NCBI GenBank assembly: GCA_963769885.1
Contig: CAVYNH010000006.1
Coordinates: 96,001 to 160,000 of the forward strand
DNA from: Methanobacteriota archaeon
Lineage (GTDB): Archaea > Thermoplasmatota > E2 > DHVEG-1
Direction of reading: 5' to 3'
DNA: 64,000 nucleotides
Shown in pieces: positions 1-9,918 of the stretch; position 1 is the first letter of the stretch; each line of letters begins with the position of its first letter. A model generated the notes under the pieces. The model was not told the DNA's origin. It did not search any database and worked only from the letters and a program-made list of their open reading frames with translations. Made by a program: the position numbers and the translations under genes.

Positions 1-690
1 GCCGATGGCCGGGATGTTGTAGGGGGTGTCGATGATGCCGTTTTCGTTCGCATCGGTTTTGTTGAGGTTCTCCCAGTAGTTGCCGGCGGCACCGTTATCC
101 CACTGATTGCTCTGCGTCGCGAATGCGGGGTAGGAGTTACTGAAGAAGTTGTTGAAGAAAATTATGTTTGCGTTTTGGGTAGCGTAGATGCCGTAGAAGT
201 TGTCGCGGATGATGTTCTTGGAAACGAGGCAGCCGGGAGCCGCAAGCGTGATGCCGGAGTCGTTGCCGAGGGAGCCGCTGTGTTGGATGGTGAAGTTGGT
301 GAGGATGGAGTTGGATTGGGTGAACCTGACACAGGTGCCGCTGCCGCCGGCGTCAATGGAGGTGTCGCTGCGCCGTTCGCCGAAGACGGTGATGAAGGAT
401 TTGTCGATGACGACGTGTTCAGGGTAGGTGCCGTGGAAGACGAAGACTGTGGTATGGGAGGCGGCGTGGTCGATGCCTTGTTGGATGAACTGATAGGGGT
501 GCTCGAGGGTGCCCTCCCAGGGGCCGTGGGTGTTGTTGATGTCGACGTAGATAACGAGGTCGGTCCGTTGGGTCTGACCTTGGGTTCGAGTTGGGGCGGT
601 GGATGAACTGGCGAGGGGTAGGATGAACAGGGATGCGGTGATGATGGCTGCGATGGTGATGCCTAGGCGGCTGGTTTTGATGATCCTCAT
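1..690 (-). CDS. Secreted NosD-like parallel beta-helix protein (3' end runs off the window)
   Basis: Hand-translated, not in the ORF track: MRIIKTSRLGITIAAIITASLFILPLASS signal peptide, IYVDINNTHGPWEGTLEHPYQFIQQGID, GNYWENLNKTDANENGIIDTPYNI. GGAGG upstream of the ATG at 688-690. Confidence 0.8.
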   Translation of the reverse strand, partial: MRIIKTSRLGITIAAIITASLFILPLASSSTAPTRTQGQTQRTDLVIYVDINNTHGPWEGTLEHPYQFIQQGIDHAASHTTVFVFHGTYPEHVVIDKSFITVFGERRSDTSIDAGGSGTCVRFTQSNSILTNFTIQHSGSLGNDSGITLAAPGCLVSKNIIRDNFYGIYATQNANIIFFNNFFSNSYPAFATQSNQWDNGAAGNYWENLNKTDANENGIIDTPYNIPAIG

Positions 691-1025
691 TTCGTTTCCT
701 CCCACATGGGAATATAAAGTCTGTAAGAGAGAGTACGGAATTCCATATTTATAATTTTCTGAAAAATATAATTTATGTCGTTTGGTATTGTTCCTTGGGG
801 TGTTAAAGGAGGAATTTGCCGTTTTTGAAGATGAGGTTGCCGTCGGCGTAGACTTGGCCATTTTTGTGTAGGTCGGGGGGGACATCATTGAGACTTTGAA
901 GTAGTATTGTGCAAATTTGTATTTGGGGAATGGAAAAAAACCTTCTAAATTCTTCTTAAATACCAAGAATGGTTCGAAAATTAGATAAGGAGCTTTTATC
1001 ATTCATTTTCTAGGGGAGGAATCCC

Positions 1026-2828
1026 GTGAAGAAACTGCTGGTAATTGGATTGATTTTGCTTTTTCTTTGTTCAAGTTTTCTCACCGCTACTCAGACGGCG
1101 AGTAAAAACATGCTGAGAGGCAATGGGGATATTCTTTATGTTGGGGGATCTGGGCCGGGTAATTACTCAACGATACAGACGGCTATTAATGCTGCATCAG
1201 AAGGCAGCCTCATTATTGTCTATGGGAAAACGTATCATGAGAATGTAGTTTTGAACAAATCCCACCTCACCTTAAGGGGAGTGCAGGGTGGGAAGAGCTT
1301 TCCCTTCGTGAGCGCCGGTTCGGGCAATTGGGCTTTCTTCTTTGAAAATGACTCATGCGCGATTGAGAATTTCACGGCGATGAATGGACGCACAGCGGCG
1401 ATCTATATTGTTTCCAATCATAACACCATTATAAATTGTAATACAATCGATTACTGGCTAGGAGTCCTAATTAGTGGTGGTGATTTCAATAACGTTAGTT
1501 ACTGTAGCATGAGCGGGAATGGTTTAAGGGGAATCGAATTACGATCCTCAAACAACAATACGTTTATTGGGAATCATATTAGTGAGCAAGGGCAATACGC
1601 GATTCTAATCGGCGGTTCGGCACATAATTGGATACGACAGAACATCTGTGAACAGTGTCCTATTCAGATAGAGAATTCGCCGATGAACTTGGTGGAAGAG
1701 AACACTATCGTGAACGACTCAAAAGGACTCGTACTTACTAATTCCAATTTCTCAAAGGTTCTTTGCAACAATTTTGTTAACAATGGACTCTCTGTGAATG
1801 GACCTCTGGATGAACTTTTGTCTTATACGGTCGAAGGGAATCTCAACAATGGAAAGCCGATGATGTATTACAAGAATCTTAACGGAGTCATTGTCCCCAA
1901 GGATGTCGGCGAAATCATTCTTGTGAACTGTTCTCATTTCCTAATTGAAAACAGCAGCAATTGCGAACACCGACTCTTGATTTTTTATTCATCAAATATT
2001 ACGATTACGCGAAACTCTTGTCTTGAGTACATCCAATTGGTCCACTCACAAAATAATATTATTTCAAACAATAGACTTGTGGACGTATGGGGCGGGATCG
2101 CATTAGATCATTCAAACAGGAATGTTATTGCCAATAACACTGTCAAAAATAAAGGCTCCTCTGCTGGAATCAAAATTTCTAGTTCGAACGACGACATTAT
2201 TGAAAACAATTTAATTTCCAGTTGTGAATTTGGCGTAGATATCTCTGGTACAAGAATGAGCATCTGTAATAACTCAATCAAAAACATATCAGCTTGGGCG
2301 ATATCAATCAGCATCGATGATTCGAAAGTCTGCAATAATATTCTTTATAATGGAGAAGAAGGAATCACTATCACTGGTTCCAATAATATTTTAAATGGCA
2401 ACTATATCGAATCATGTCATGTTGGAATCGACTCCGGTTCCAGTTCTTCGACAATATCCAATAACACCATCACAAAAAATAGGATAGGAATTGCGCTGTT
2501 TTATTCAACCGACAAAGTCATATTAAATCAAATTCAATGGAATGTCATTGGTATTTTCGCCTTTTCCTCTGAAGCGTTTATTGAAAAAAACAACATAGTA
2601 AAGAACCTGATTGACTCAAGTTTTTCTTGTTTTCAACTACGAGGAATAGTATTTTTAAAATGGAAGAATAATTATTGGGGGTTTTTCCATTTGTTTAGAA
2701 AGCACATTCTAGGCTCTATTGTAATTTTATTTCCTATAGGTTATTATAGCGGGTTTTCGATTTTCCTGCCTTGGCTAAAATCTGATCGAAGACCTGCTCA
2801 TACTCCCTATAATATTACGCCCAATTAG
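1026..2828 (+). CDS. Secreted NosD/right-handed parallel beta-helix repeat protein
   Basis: Signal peptide, LYVGGSGPGNYSTIQTAIN start motif, many Asn-rich SNN(x)I repeats, GGAGG RBS. AT-rich relative to its neighbours. Confidence 0.85.
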   Translation: MKKLLVIGLILLFLCSSFLTATQTASKNMLRGNGDILYVGGSGPGNYSTIQTAINAASEGSLIIVYGKTYHENVVLNKSHLTLRGVQGGKSFPFVSAGSGNWAFFFENDSCAIENFTAMNGRTAAIYIVSNHNTIINCNTIDYWLGVLISGGDFNNVSYCSMSGNGLRGIELRSSNNNTFIGNHISEQGQYAILIGGSAHNWIRQNICEQCPIQIENSPMNLVEENTIVNDSKGLVLTNSNFSKVLCNNFVNNGLSVNGPLDELLSYTVEGNLNNGKPMMYYKNLNGVIVPKDVGEIILVNCSHFLIENSSNCEHRLLIFYSSNITITRNSCLEYIQLVHSQNNIISNNRLVDVWGGIALDHSNRNVIANNTVKNKGSSAGIKISSSNDDIIENNLISSCEFGVDISGTRMSICNNSIKNISAWAISISIDDSKVCNNILYNGEEGITITGSNNILNGNYIESCHVGIDSGSSSSTISNNTITKNRIGIALFYSTDKVILNQIQWNVIGIFAFSSEAFIEKNNIVKNLIDSSFSCFQLRGIVFLKWKNNYWGFFHLFRKHILGSIVILFPIGYYSGFSIFLPWLKSDRRPAHTPYNITPN

Positions 2829-2858
2829 AAAAATTCTGTTTTAATTTTTCCTGGGAAC

Positions 2859-3962
2859 CTAAAAAAGAAATTTACCGTTCTCAAAGATGAGTTCCTCATC
2901 GGCATACACCTGCCCGTTTTTGCGCAGGTCGCAGACCATGTCCCAGTGGAGTCCGGATTTGTTAGTGCTGCCGGTCTCGGGGTAGCCGTTGCCGAGGGCG
3001 AGGTGCATGGTGCCGCCGATCTTTTCGTCGAAGAGGGTGTTCTTCGTATATTGTGCGATGCCGTCGTTGGTGCCGAAGGCGAACTCGCCGAGGCGCTGGG
3101 CGCCGGGGTCCATCGCAATCATCGTTGTAAGAAACTCCTCCCCTTGCGACGCCTCTGCCTTCACGACCTTTCCTTTTGAGAAGGTGAGGGCAACGTCGTG
3201 GACCTCGCGACCGCCGTGGGAGATGGGGAACGAGTAGCGGATGTGGCCGTCCGCGGAGGTTTCGACCGGCCCGGTGAAGATCTCGCCGTCCGGGAAGTTT
3301 TCGCGGCCGTAGCAGCTGATCCATTTCCTGCCGGCGGTGGAGAGGGTGAGGTCCGTGTCTTTGGCGAGGATGTGGAAGGCTTTCTTCTTGTCCAGCATCG
3401 TCTTTATCTTTTCTTGTTTGCGTTGCATCGCGCGCCAGTAGCGCAACGGGTTCTTTGTGGTGACGTGGGCGGCGGTGTAGACGAAGTCTTCGTAGTCGGC
3501 GAGGCTCATTTCTGCGTCCTGGGCGGCGGCGTTGGTGGGGTAGAGGGTGAGGCACCAGCGGAGTTGGTGGCGGGCGGCGCGGGTGAGGAAGATCTGGGAG
3601 AGTTTTTGGTGGGAGTGGCTGACGGTGGCCATTTTTTTGGGGTCGACGTGGGTGAGGGCTTTGGTGTTTTCTTCGCTGATGATGGTGAGTTGGGCGGTGA
3701 TGGTTTTGATTTCGTGGAGGGCGAGGGGGCTGATGTAGCGGAGTTGGGATGGGGCGGCGTGTTTGTAGAAGAGTTCGGTGAGGCCTTCGAGGCCGATGCG
3801 GACGTGGGTGTGGGCGCCGGTTTGGATGGCTTCGTTGTAGACGGCTTTGACGAGGGGGGCGGCGGAAGGTCCGCTGTTGAGGATGAAGAGGTCGCCTTTG
3901 CGCAGTTGGAGGGAGTGGTGGACGAGGACGTGGGCGAGGCTGTCGATGCGGGGGTCGGTCAT
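2859..3962 (-). CDS. Aminopeptidase, M29 (AmpS/PepS-like)
   Basis: NFPDGEIFTGP, LGEFAFGTN, LFDEKIGGTMHLALG and SGLHWDMV motifs. Confidence 0.93.
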   Translation of the reverse strand: MTDPRIDSLAHVLVHHSLQLRKGDLFILNSGPSAAPLVKAVYNEAIQTGAHTHVRIGLEGLTELFYKHAAPSQLRYISPLALHEIKTITAQLTIISEENTKALTHVDPKKMATVSHSHQKLSQIFLTRAARHQLRWCLTLYPTNAAAQDAEMSLADYEDFVYTAAHVTTKNPLRYWRAMQRKQEKIKTMLDKKKAFHILAKDTDLTLSTAGRKWISCYGRENFPDGEIFTGPVETSADGHIRYSFPISHGGREVHDVALTFSKGKVVKAEASQGEEFLTTMIAMDPGAQRLGEFAFGTNDGIAQYTKNTLFDEKIGGTMHLALGNGYPETGSTNKSGLHWDMVCDLRKNGQVYADEELIFENGKFLF

Positions 3963-4010
3963 ATGCTTGGGAAACTCTTGGGGGATTAAAAGACTGTGTC
4001 CAGCATTTCG

Positions 4011-5264
4011 TTAGATGTTTTCCCAGTCGCGCAGGACGGAGGCCCAGCGGTATTTCTGGACCTCGGGGATCTCCTCGATTTTTCTGATGATGCGTTCGTA
4101 GCCTTTGAGGAGCGTGCGGGTGGAGACTTTGACGATGATGTCGTATTTGCCGGCGGTGACGGTGACGTGGGTGATGCCTTTGATGTTCCAGAGTTTGTCC
4201 ATGACGGCCTTGTGTGGTTTGCCGGGTTTGACGGTGATGAAGATGTAGGCTTTGACGACGGTGAAGGCGAAGCTGACGATGCCGAAGATGATGAGGGTGA
4301 TGCCGATGATCTTGATGATGAGCATGACGGGGTCGGTGCTGAATTGGCTGATGACGCCGAGTTGCAGGAGGATGATTGAGAAGGGGATGGCGAAGATGAT
4401 GGTGGATGCCCGTATGGCATTGTTGACGCTGGTTTTGCCTAATCCCAGGGAGCGGATGTAGAGGACGTAGGCGAAGAACGTGGTGCTCATGGTTGCCGCG
4501 AGCAGCAGGAACAGGTACGGGGAGAGGACGGCTTTAAACCCGCTGACGAGATGGCCGCCGCCAGTGATCATGTCGAAGCCGAGGAGGATCGCGGCGGTGA
4601 ACAGCAGGGAGAAGAACACGTTCCAGAGGCGGATGTTGATGGCGTCGTTAGGTTTGTTTCGGATGCGCATGAGTTTCAGGCGACGTTGGTAGATGGAGAA
4701 GATCGCCCATGTCGGGTTAATGACGATGAAGACGATGGCCATGGAGAGGGGGTTGATTTCCCCGTTCAGGCTTAAGGAGGCGAGGATCGCGCCGAAGGTG
4801 ACGATGACCGAGGATTGTACTTCCACCAGGGTCGGGACGTCTTTTTCGGTGATGGACTCCATGAGGAGGAGGTATAGGATGACGACCTGGGAGAAGGAGA
4901 GGATGACTGAGGGGTCCTTGACGGTGGAGACGATGGCGCAGTAGCCGACCGTGTTGATGGCGTTCATGAGGCCGGCGACGAGATGATTCTTTACCTCGCC
5001 TCGTTGAATGAGGCGGATGCGATGGAACGACGGGTCGAGAACCTTTGCCCCGACAGACTTGCCGTTGAGATGGAGGGAGAAAAACAGGGTGATAAGGAGC
5101 GTGACGATGGCGCCGACGAAAAAGATAGCGAAGGCGAACGCCCAGGGATCGGTTTCGAACGCGGGTTGGCTGCCGACGAAGCTGTCTAACCCTGTGACGG
5201 CCGCGGCGATGAACGCGGACGAGATCGCAAGGACATAGAACAGGTGTTTCTTAGGGATGTTCAT
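4011..5264 (-). CDS. EamA/DMT-family membrane transporter fused to a C-terminal Lrp/AsnC ligand-binding (RAM) domain
   Basis: About 10 hydrophobic segments in two EamA-like halves, then KAYIFITVKPGK...TAGKYDIIVKV. Confidence 0.75.
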   Translation of the reverse strand: MNIPKKHLFYVLAISSAFIAAAVTGLDSFVGSQPAFETDPWAFAFAIFFVGAIVTLLITLFFSLHLNGKSVGAKVLDPSFHRIRLIQRGEVKNHLVAGLMNAINTVGYCAIVSTVKDPSVILSFSQVVILYLLLMESITEKDVPTLVEVQSSVIVTFGAILASLSLNGEINPLSMAIVFIVINPTWAIFSIYQRRLKLMRIRNKPNDAINIRLWNVFFSLLFTAAILLGFDMITGGGHLVSGFKAVLSPYLFLLLAATMSTTFFAYVLYIRSLGLGKTSVNNAIRASTIIFAIPFSIILLQLGVISQFSTDPVMLIIKIIGITLIIFGIVSFAFTVVKAYIFITVKPGKPHKAVMDKLWNIKGITHVTVTAGKYDIIVKVSTRTLLKGYERIIRKIEEIPEVQKYRWASVLRDWENI

Positions 5265-5296
5265 GGCCGGTCAGATCCCAAGAGGCAAATGGGGGT

Positions 5297-5539
5297 TTAT
5301 TGGACGGAGATTTCTTTTTCGATGATCTGGGTTGTGGTCTTGCTGACGCCCTCGACGACCTGGAGCTTGTCGGTGACCTCCAGGAGCTCCTCGAGGTTCT
5401 TGACCTGCGCGCGGACCACGATGTCGTACTCACCGGCGATAATCGAGATCTTGACGATGTTAGTGATGCTACGCATCTCCTTGATGGCCTTGTCGGTCTT
5501 GCCTGGCTGCATTGTAATCAGGATATAAGCACTGATCAT
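5297..5539 (-). CDS. Stand-alone Lrp/AsnC ligand-binding domain protein (no HTH)
   Basis: 80 aa, AYILITMQPGK...IAGEYDIVVRAQV...VEGVSKTTTQII. Confidence 0.88.
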   Translation of the reverse strand: MISAYILITMQPGKTDKAIKEMRSITNIVKISIIAGEYDIVVRAQVKNLEELLEVTDKLQVVEGVSKTTTQIIEKEISVQ

Positions 5540-5785
5540 GGTCGCTCACCCATCTTTCAGGGGCGAATAGGAAGGCGTGCTATAAATTTATCTATCTGGA
5601 TTATTTTCTAGGTGAGACATTCGACTTTAGCCTCAAATGACAAAATCAGGTAGAGACACCAGAATGGGCTTAAGAATCTTTTAGAATTCAGTGTGCAATT
5701 GTCATTTCAAAATATTGTAGAGATCAGCTAACAATCTCAAGAGGAATTCAATAAAAGAAGAAATTTTGAACTAGATTCAATGGTA

Positions 5786-7279
5786 TTAAAAACAGTGCAA
5801 GTACCATAGGGGAATTGTCTCAGTCCAACTATTTTGTCCACGGTAATATCCGACTACGGTAAGGGTCAGTTGCTCCAATGCTTTATCTTCGAACTTCTGT
5901 TTCATAGTCCATTCATATGGGGGTGCTGTATCGACAGCGTAGATTTTTCCTCCTATCATGAATGTGACATTGAGGAGCTTGTCTTCTTGATAGACATTAA
6001 CCTTCACTTTCGTTCTCCCAATAACCACGGTTTGATTCAAGAGAGTCGGACAGAGAGCGACTCCGAAGACTGTAAGTCTCCCAATTTTTGGGGTAAGAAC
6101 CTCTATCTTCTTAGGTTCTCCTGAGCCGATGGCATTGAGATACCCCTTATCCTCGCTACCCATCGATCCGACATAGACCGTCCCATCTTCCCCTATGGCC
6201 GGTGCGGACTGGCATGCTCCAATGCGGATTTGCCACAGCAACGTCCCGTTCGGATGTAAGGCAATAAAGTCGCCGCCGGAGGTACCAAAAAAGATTGTGC
6301 CGTCTGAAGAAGTACATGGCGTCCCACCTTCAATGTACCCTGCAGGATAGGCCCATTTAACCGAGCCGTTGAGCGGGTTCACGGCATATAGTGCGTTCCA
6401 TCCGGCATAGATGGTACCGTCTCGTCCTATCGTTGGTGACGTCCCTGCGTTAACATTTGTGTTCCATTTCATCGTCCCATTGCTGGGAAAGAGCGCATAC
6501 AGGTATCCATCTGTGGAAACAAAGAAGATGGTACCATCATCGCCGATGCAGGGGCTTACTCCGATTCCGTAGCCTGTTTTGAATTGCCAGTTGAGGGTCC
6601 CATTTGGGTTAAGGGCGTAGAAGTAGGTGTTCCAGCATCCGAAATAAATTGTTCCATCATCGCCAATTGCAGGGGCTGAATATACATCGTCGGTTGTCGA
6701 GTATTTCCAGCGTAAAGTGCCATTCGGATTCAGAGCGATGAGGCCATCGCCAACTCCGAAATAAATGGTTCCATCGATTCCTATTGTCACTGAAGATTTA
6801 TAAGTATCCATTTCAAGTGGATATGTCCATTTCGTAGTTCCATCCGGTTTTACTGCGTAAAGATAGGATGGATATGCGAAGGATGTGCTAAAATACAGTG
6901 TTCCATCGGAGCCAATGGCAGGGGTGTTTTCTCCATGTCCGTTTGTCAAATATTTCCATTTTAATGTTCCATTTGGATATATTGCAAATAAATTCGCAGC
7001 ATTGAGATAAAGAGTGCCGTCTGAATCAATCGCAGTCGAACCATAACATCCTGTAAATTCAGTTGGAAATGACCATTCTAGAATTCCGGGATTGGTACTT
7101 GCGTTGAATTGACTTCTACTAGTATGATGGACGTCATGGCAGAACATTGGCCAGATATTTTCAGAGGAAAAAACTTCGGAATTATATTGTTTTATACTGA
7201 TGCCTTGAACTCCAGAAATACTAACTAAAAATAGAGTTAAAAAAGTAAGAGCAACGAGATAGATTTTCAAATCATCCAC
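5786..7279 (-). CDS. Secreted PQQ-binding-like beta-propeller repeat protein with C-terminal Ig-like module
   Basis: Signal peptide, WPMFCHDVHHTSRS, repeated SPAIGxDGTIYFG...LYALNPNGTLKW. Confidence 0.88.
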   Translation of the reverse strand: MDDLKIYLVALTFLTLFLVSISGVQGISIKQYNSEVFSSENIWPMFCHDVHHTSRSQFNASTNPGILEWSFPTEFTGCYGSTAIDSDGTLYLNAANLFAIYPNGTLKWKYLTNGHGENTPAIGSDGTLYFSTSFAYPSYLYAVKPDGTTKWTYPLEMDTYKSSVTIGIDGTIYFGVGDGLIALNPNGTLRWKYSTTDDVYSAPAIGDDGTIYFGCWNTYFYALNPNGTLNWQFKTGYGIGVSPCIGDDGTIFFVSTDGYLYALFPSNGTMKWNTNVNAGTSPTIGRDGTIYAGWNALYAVNPLNGSVKWAYPAGYIEGGTPCTSSDGTIFFGTSGGDFIALHPNGTLLWQIRIGACQSAPAIGEDGTVYVGSMGSEDKGYLNAIGSGEPKKIEVLTPKIGRLTVFGVALCPTLLNQTVVIGRTKVKVNVYQEDKLLNVTFMIGGKIYAVDTAPPYEWTMKQKFEDKALEQLTLTVVGYYRGQNSWTETIPLWYLHCF

Positions 7280-7408
7280 CGCGGATAAAAAATGATATTA
7301 ATAGTATAAATATTTTTTCGGTTTCATTTATGTAAACTTCGACTCGAGACTGTGAACTTGGAAGCTTTATAACATCGGACTCGATTGAATCTCCAGCGTT
7401 CGGTTCTT

Positions 7409-9103
7409 ATGACGCGGGTCGCGATTCTCGACGGGTACGTGGACGAGCCCACCTGCCTAGGCGTACCGCCGTATATCAGCCCGTATCCGCGGTATGTCGC
7501 TGGGGCGGCCTGGGAGAGCGAACCGAAGGCCGACGTCCGGTACCTCACCATCGACCAACTTCGGAGCAATCCGGCGCTGAGTAAGACGCTGGAGAATGCT
7601 GACCTCATCATCGTCATCGCCGGCATGGTCGTCCCCGGCCGGTACTTGTCAGGGCATCCCGCCAATCCTCAGGAACTCGCCATGGTTCTGCAAGGGGTCG
7701 AGGCGACGACGCTGCTGTGCGGCCCGGCCGCGCGCTACGGCTTCGGCGTCTCCGGCGGCCGACGAACAAGAACCGCTAATCAGTCCTATGACCTCGTTGT
7801 GCCCGGTGACGCGGAGTTCGCCGTCTACGATCTGCTGCAAGGTCGGACATTAGGAGATATTAATCCGTTGCGGTGCCGGTCGAGCCCTGATGAGATCCGA
7901 AAGTTCGCAGTCCTCGGAGCAAAGATCGTCTGTCAGCATCCGTTCTTCCCCCAGTATTGCATCACAGAGATGGAGACCTATCGGGGTTGTCCACGCAGCA
8001 TCTCTGGCGGCTGCTCGTTTTGCAGCGAGCCGAAGAAAGGCAAGCCGCAGTTCCGCCGGCCTCAGGACATCCATGCAGAAATTAAAGCATTGTATGAGGC
8101 TGGAATCCGGCATTTCCGTCTGGGGAACCAACCATGCATCTTCTCCTACATGGCGAAGACGGCAGGGACCGAGGAGTTCCCGCGTCCGAACCCCCAGGCG
8201 TTAGAAACGCTTTTCTCCGGAATAAGGAAGGTTGCGCCCGATCTCAAAACGCTGCATATCGATAATGCGAACCCGGGCGTCCTCGCTCGGTACCCGGAGG
8301 AATGTCGTCGAATTGCTCAGACCATTATCAAATATCATACTTCTGGAGACATCGCGGCGCTTGGTGTTGAGAGTGTGGACCCAGTAGTTATTGAACAGAA
8401 TAATCTGAAGGCCACCGCTGAGGAAGCGACTGAAGCGATACGACTGCTCAACGACGTTGGTAGTCGGCGGGGGGAATCAGGGCTGCCAGAGCTGCTGCCT
8501 GGCTTGAATTTCGTGTTCGGCTTAAAAGGTGAGACGAAGCGCACATTCACCCAGGACTATGCATTCCTGAAGGGATTATACGAGCAAAGGTTGTTGCTGC
8601 GTCGAATCAATCTGCGTCAGGTGATGCCATTGCCGGGGACGCCGATGGAGGCGGTGGGCGAGTCAATCGTGCGGCGGCATCACGGCGTGTTCCTGCAGTT
8701 CAAACGTCAGGTACGGGTATCGGTGGAGCGGCCGATGCTTGAACGCCTCGTGCCGATGGGTACGGTGCTGCGTGAGGTTTACTCTGAGTTGCATGAGGGA
8801 AAGGTAACGTTCGGCCGGCAGTTAGGCACCTATCCGCTGCTCATCGGCATCCCAGGAGTGTTCCCGCTGCACGCATTCACCAATGTGAAGATCATTGACT
8901 ACGGGTATCGATCGGTGACGGGGGTGCCGTACCCGTTGGATGTGAACGTGGCGCCGCGGGAGACGCTGGAGGCGATCCCTGGGATCGGGCGGCGGCGGGC
9001 GCAGCGGCTGCTGTTGGGCCGACCGTTCTCGTCGGTGGACGATATGGTGGCGGCGTTGGATGATCCCGGGGTTGCTCGCATGCTGCGTGCATACCTTGTC
9101 TGA
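7409..9103 (+). CDS. Radical SAM protein with C-terminal helix-hairpin-helix (COG1031-like)
   Basis: LDGYVDEPTCLGVPPYISPYPRY N-terminus, ETYRGCPRSISGGCSFC cluster motif, C-terminal LDVNVAPRETLEAIPGIGRRRA. Confidence 0.88.
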   Translation: MTRVAILDGYVDEPTCLGVPPYISPYPRYVAGAAWESEPKADVRYLTIDQLRSNPALSKTLENADLIIVIAGMVVPGRYLSGHPANPQELAMVLQGVEATTLLCGPAARYGFGVSGGRRTRTANQSYDLVVPGDAEFAVYDLLQGRTLGDINPLRCRSSPDEIRKFAVLGAKIVCQHPFFPQYCITEMETYRGCPRSISGGCSFCSEPKKGKPQFRRPQDIHAEIKALYEAGIRHFRLGNQPCIFSYMAKTAGTEEFPRPNPQALETLFSGIRKVAPDLKTLHIDNANPGVLARYPEECRRIAQTIIKYHTSGDIAALGVESVDPVVIEQNNLKATAEEATEAIRLLNDVGSRRGESGLPELLPGLNFVFGLKGETKRTFTQDYAFLKGLYEQRLLLRRINLRQVMPLPGTPMEAVGESIVRRHHGVFLQFKRQVRVSVERPMLERLVPMGTVLREVYSELHEGKVTFGRQLGTYPLLIGIPGVFPLHAFTNVKIIDYGYRSVTGVPYPLDVNVAPRETLEAIPGIGRRRAQRLLLGRPFSSVDDMVAALDDPGVARMLRAYLV

Positions 9104-9138
9104 GGTAGGTTTTTGTACCTGGTTGGCATTCGGGGATT

Positions 9139-9606
9139 ATGGAGCAAGGGCAGGTCACTCCCCTCGAGTTGCGTCTTGGCCACTCATTTTTGAACAAGGA
9201 CCTGCTCGTGACGGCGATGACGCATAAGACGTATGCGTTCGAGGCGCCGACGCCCTTGGAGTTCAACGAGCGGTTGGAGTTCCTCGGGGACAGTATCCTG
9301 AATTTTGTGGTCGCTGAACAATTGTCCTCGACGAACAAGTATTTCTCCGAGGGGGAGTTGACGCGGCGGCGGGCGATCGGGGTGAACAACAAGCTGCTGG
9401 CGGACGTTGCCAGGCAGCTGGGCATCGGGGAGTTCCTGTTGCTGGGCCGTGGCGAGCAGAAGCAGGGCGGGTCGGCGAACCTGTCGAACCTGGCGAACGC
9501 CCTGGAGGCGGTCATCGGGGCGATCTACCTAGACGCAGGGCTTTCGGCTGCACGGGACTTCATCCTGCAGAAGGTCTTCACCGCGGACCTCTTCTTCCTG
9601 AAGTAG
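9139..9606 (+). CDS. rnc: Ribonuclease III catalytic domain, lacking a dsRBD
   Basis: AMTHKTY, NERLEFLGDSIL signature, LANALEAVIGAIYLD. Stops at 155 aa. Confidence 0.85.
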   Translation: MEQGQVTPLELRLGHSFLNKDLLVTAMTHKTYAFEAPTPLEFNERLEFLGDSILNFVVAEQLSSTNKYFSEGELTRRRAIGVNNKLLADVARQLGIGEFLLLGRGEQKQGGSANLSNLANALEAVIGAIYLDAGLSAARDFILQKVFTADLFFLK

Positions 9607-9642
9607 TTTCGTTTCGAAAAAAAGAAAAAAGGACGGGGTGTC

Positions 9643-9756
9643 TTATCCGACCATGAGTCGGAGGCAGAGCCCGATCATGAACACACTGGATAGAGTCGCG
9701 AGGTAGAACCAGGTCTTATCCCAGTCCTCTCTGACGAGCGCGTGCACTTTATCCAA
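9643..9756 (-). CDS. Putative 37-aa single-pass membrane protein
   Basis: TTG start after GAGGA, reads MDKVHALVREDWDKTWFYLATLSSVFMIGLCLRLMVG, followed by a T-tract on the minus strand. Too short for the ORF track. Confidence 0.5.
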   Translation of the reverse strand: MDKVHALVREDWDKTWFYLATLSSVFMIGLCLRLMVG

Positions 9757-9918
9757 CGTCCTCAGTCTCCTCGGATACGAGAATTCAGATGGTATTAATA
9801 AGCTTTCCCGCTAAAAACACCCGTTAAATAGACAGTACGGAAATTTGGCAGTCAAAATAACAAACAATGCTTTTATAGTGGGTCCTAGAAAAAGTACCTG
9901 GCCCTGAGAGGTTAGGCA

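Noticed and set aside
162-606. ORF-track ORFs at the window start
   Set aside because: Shadows of the minus-strand NosD-like gene starting at 690, which the track missed because it runs off the edge.
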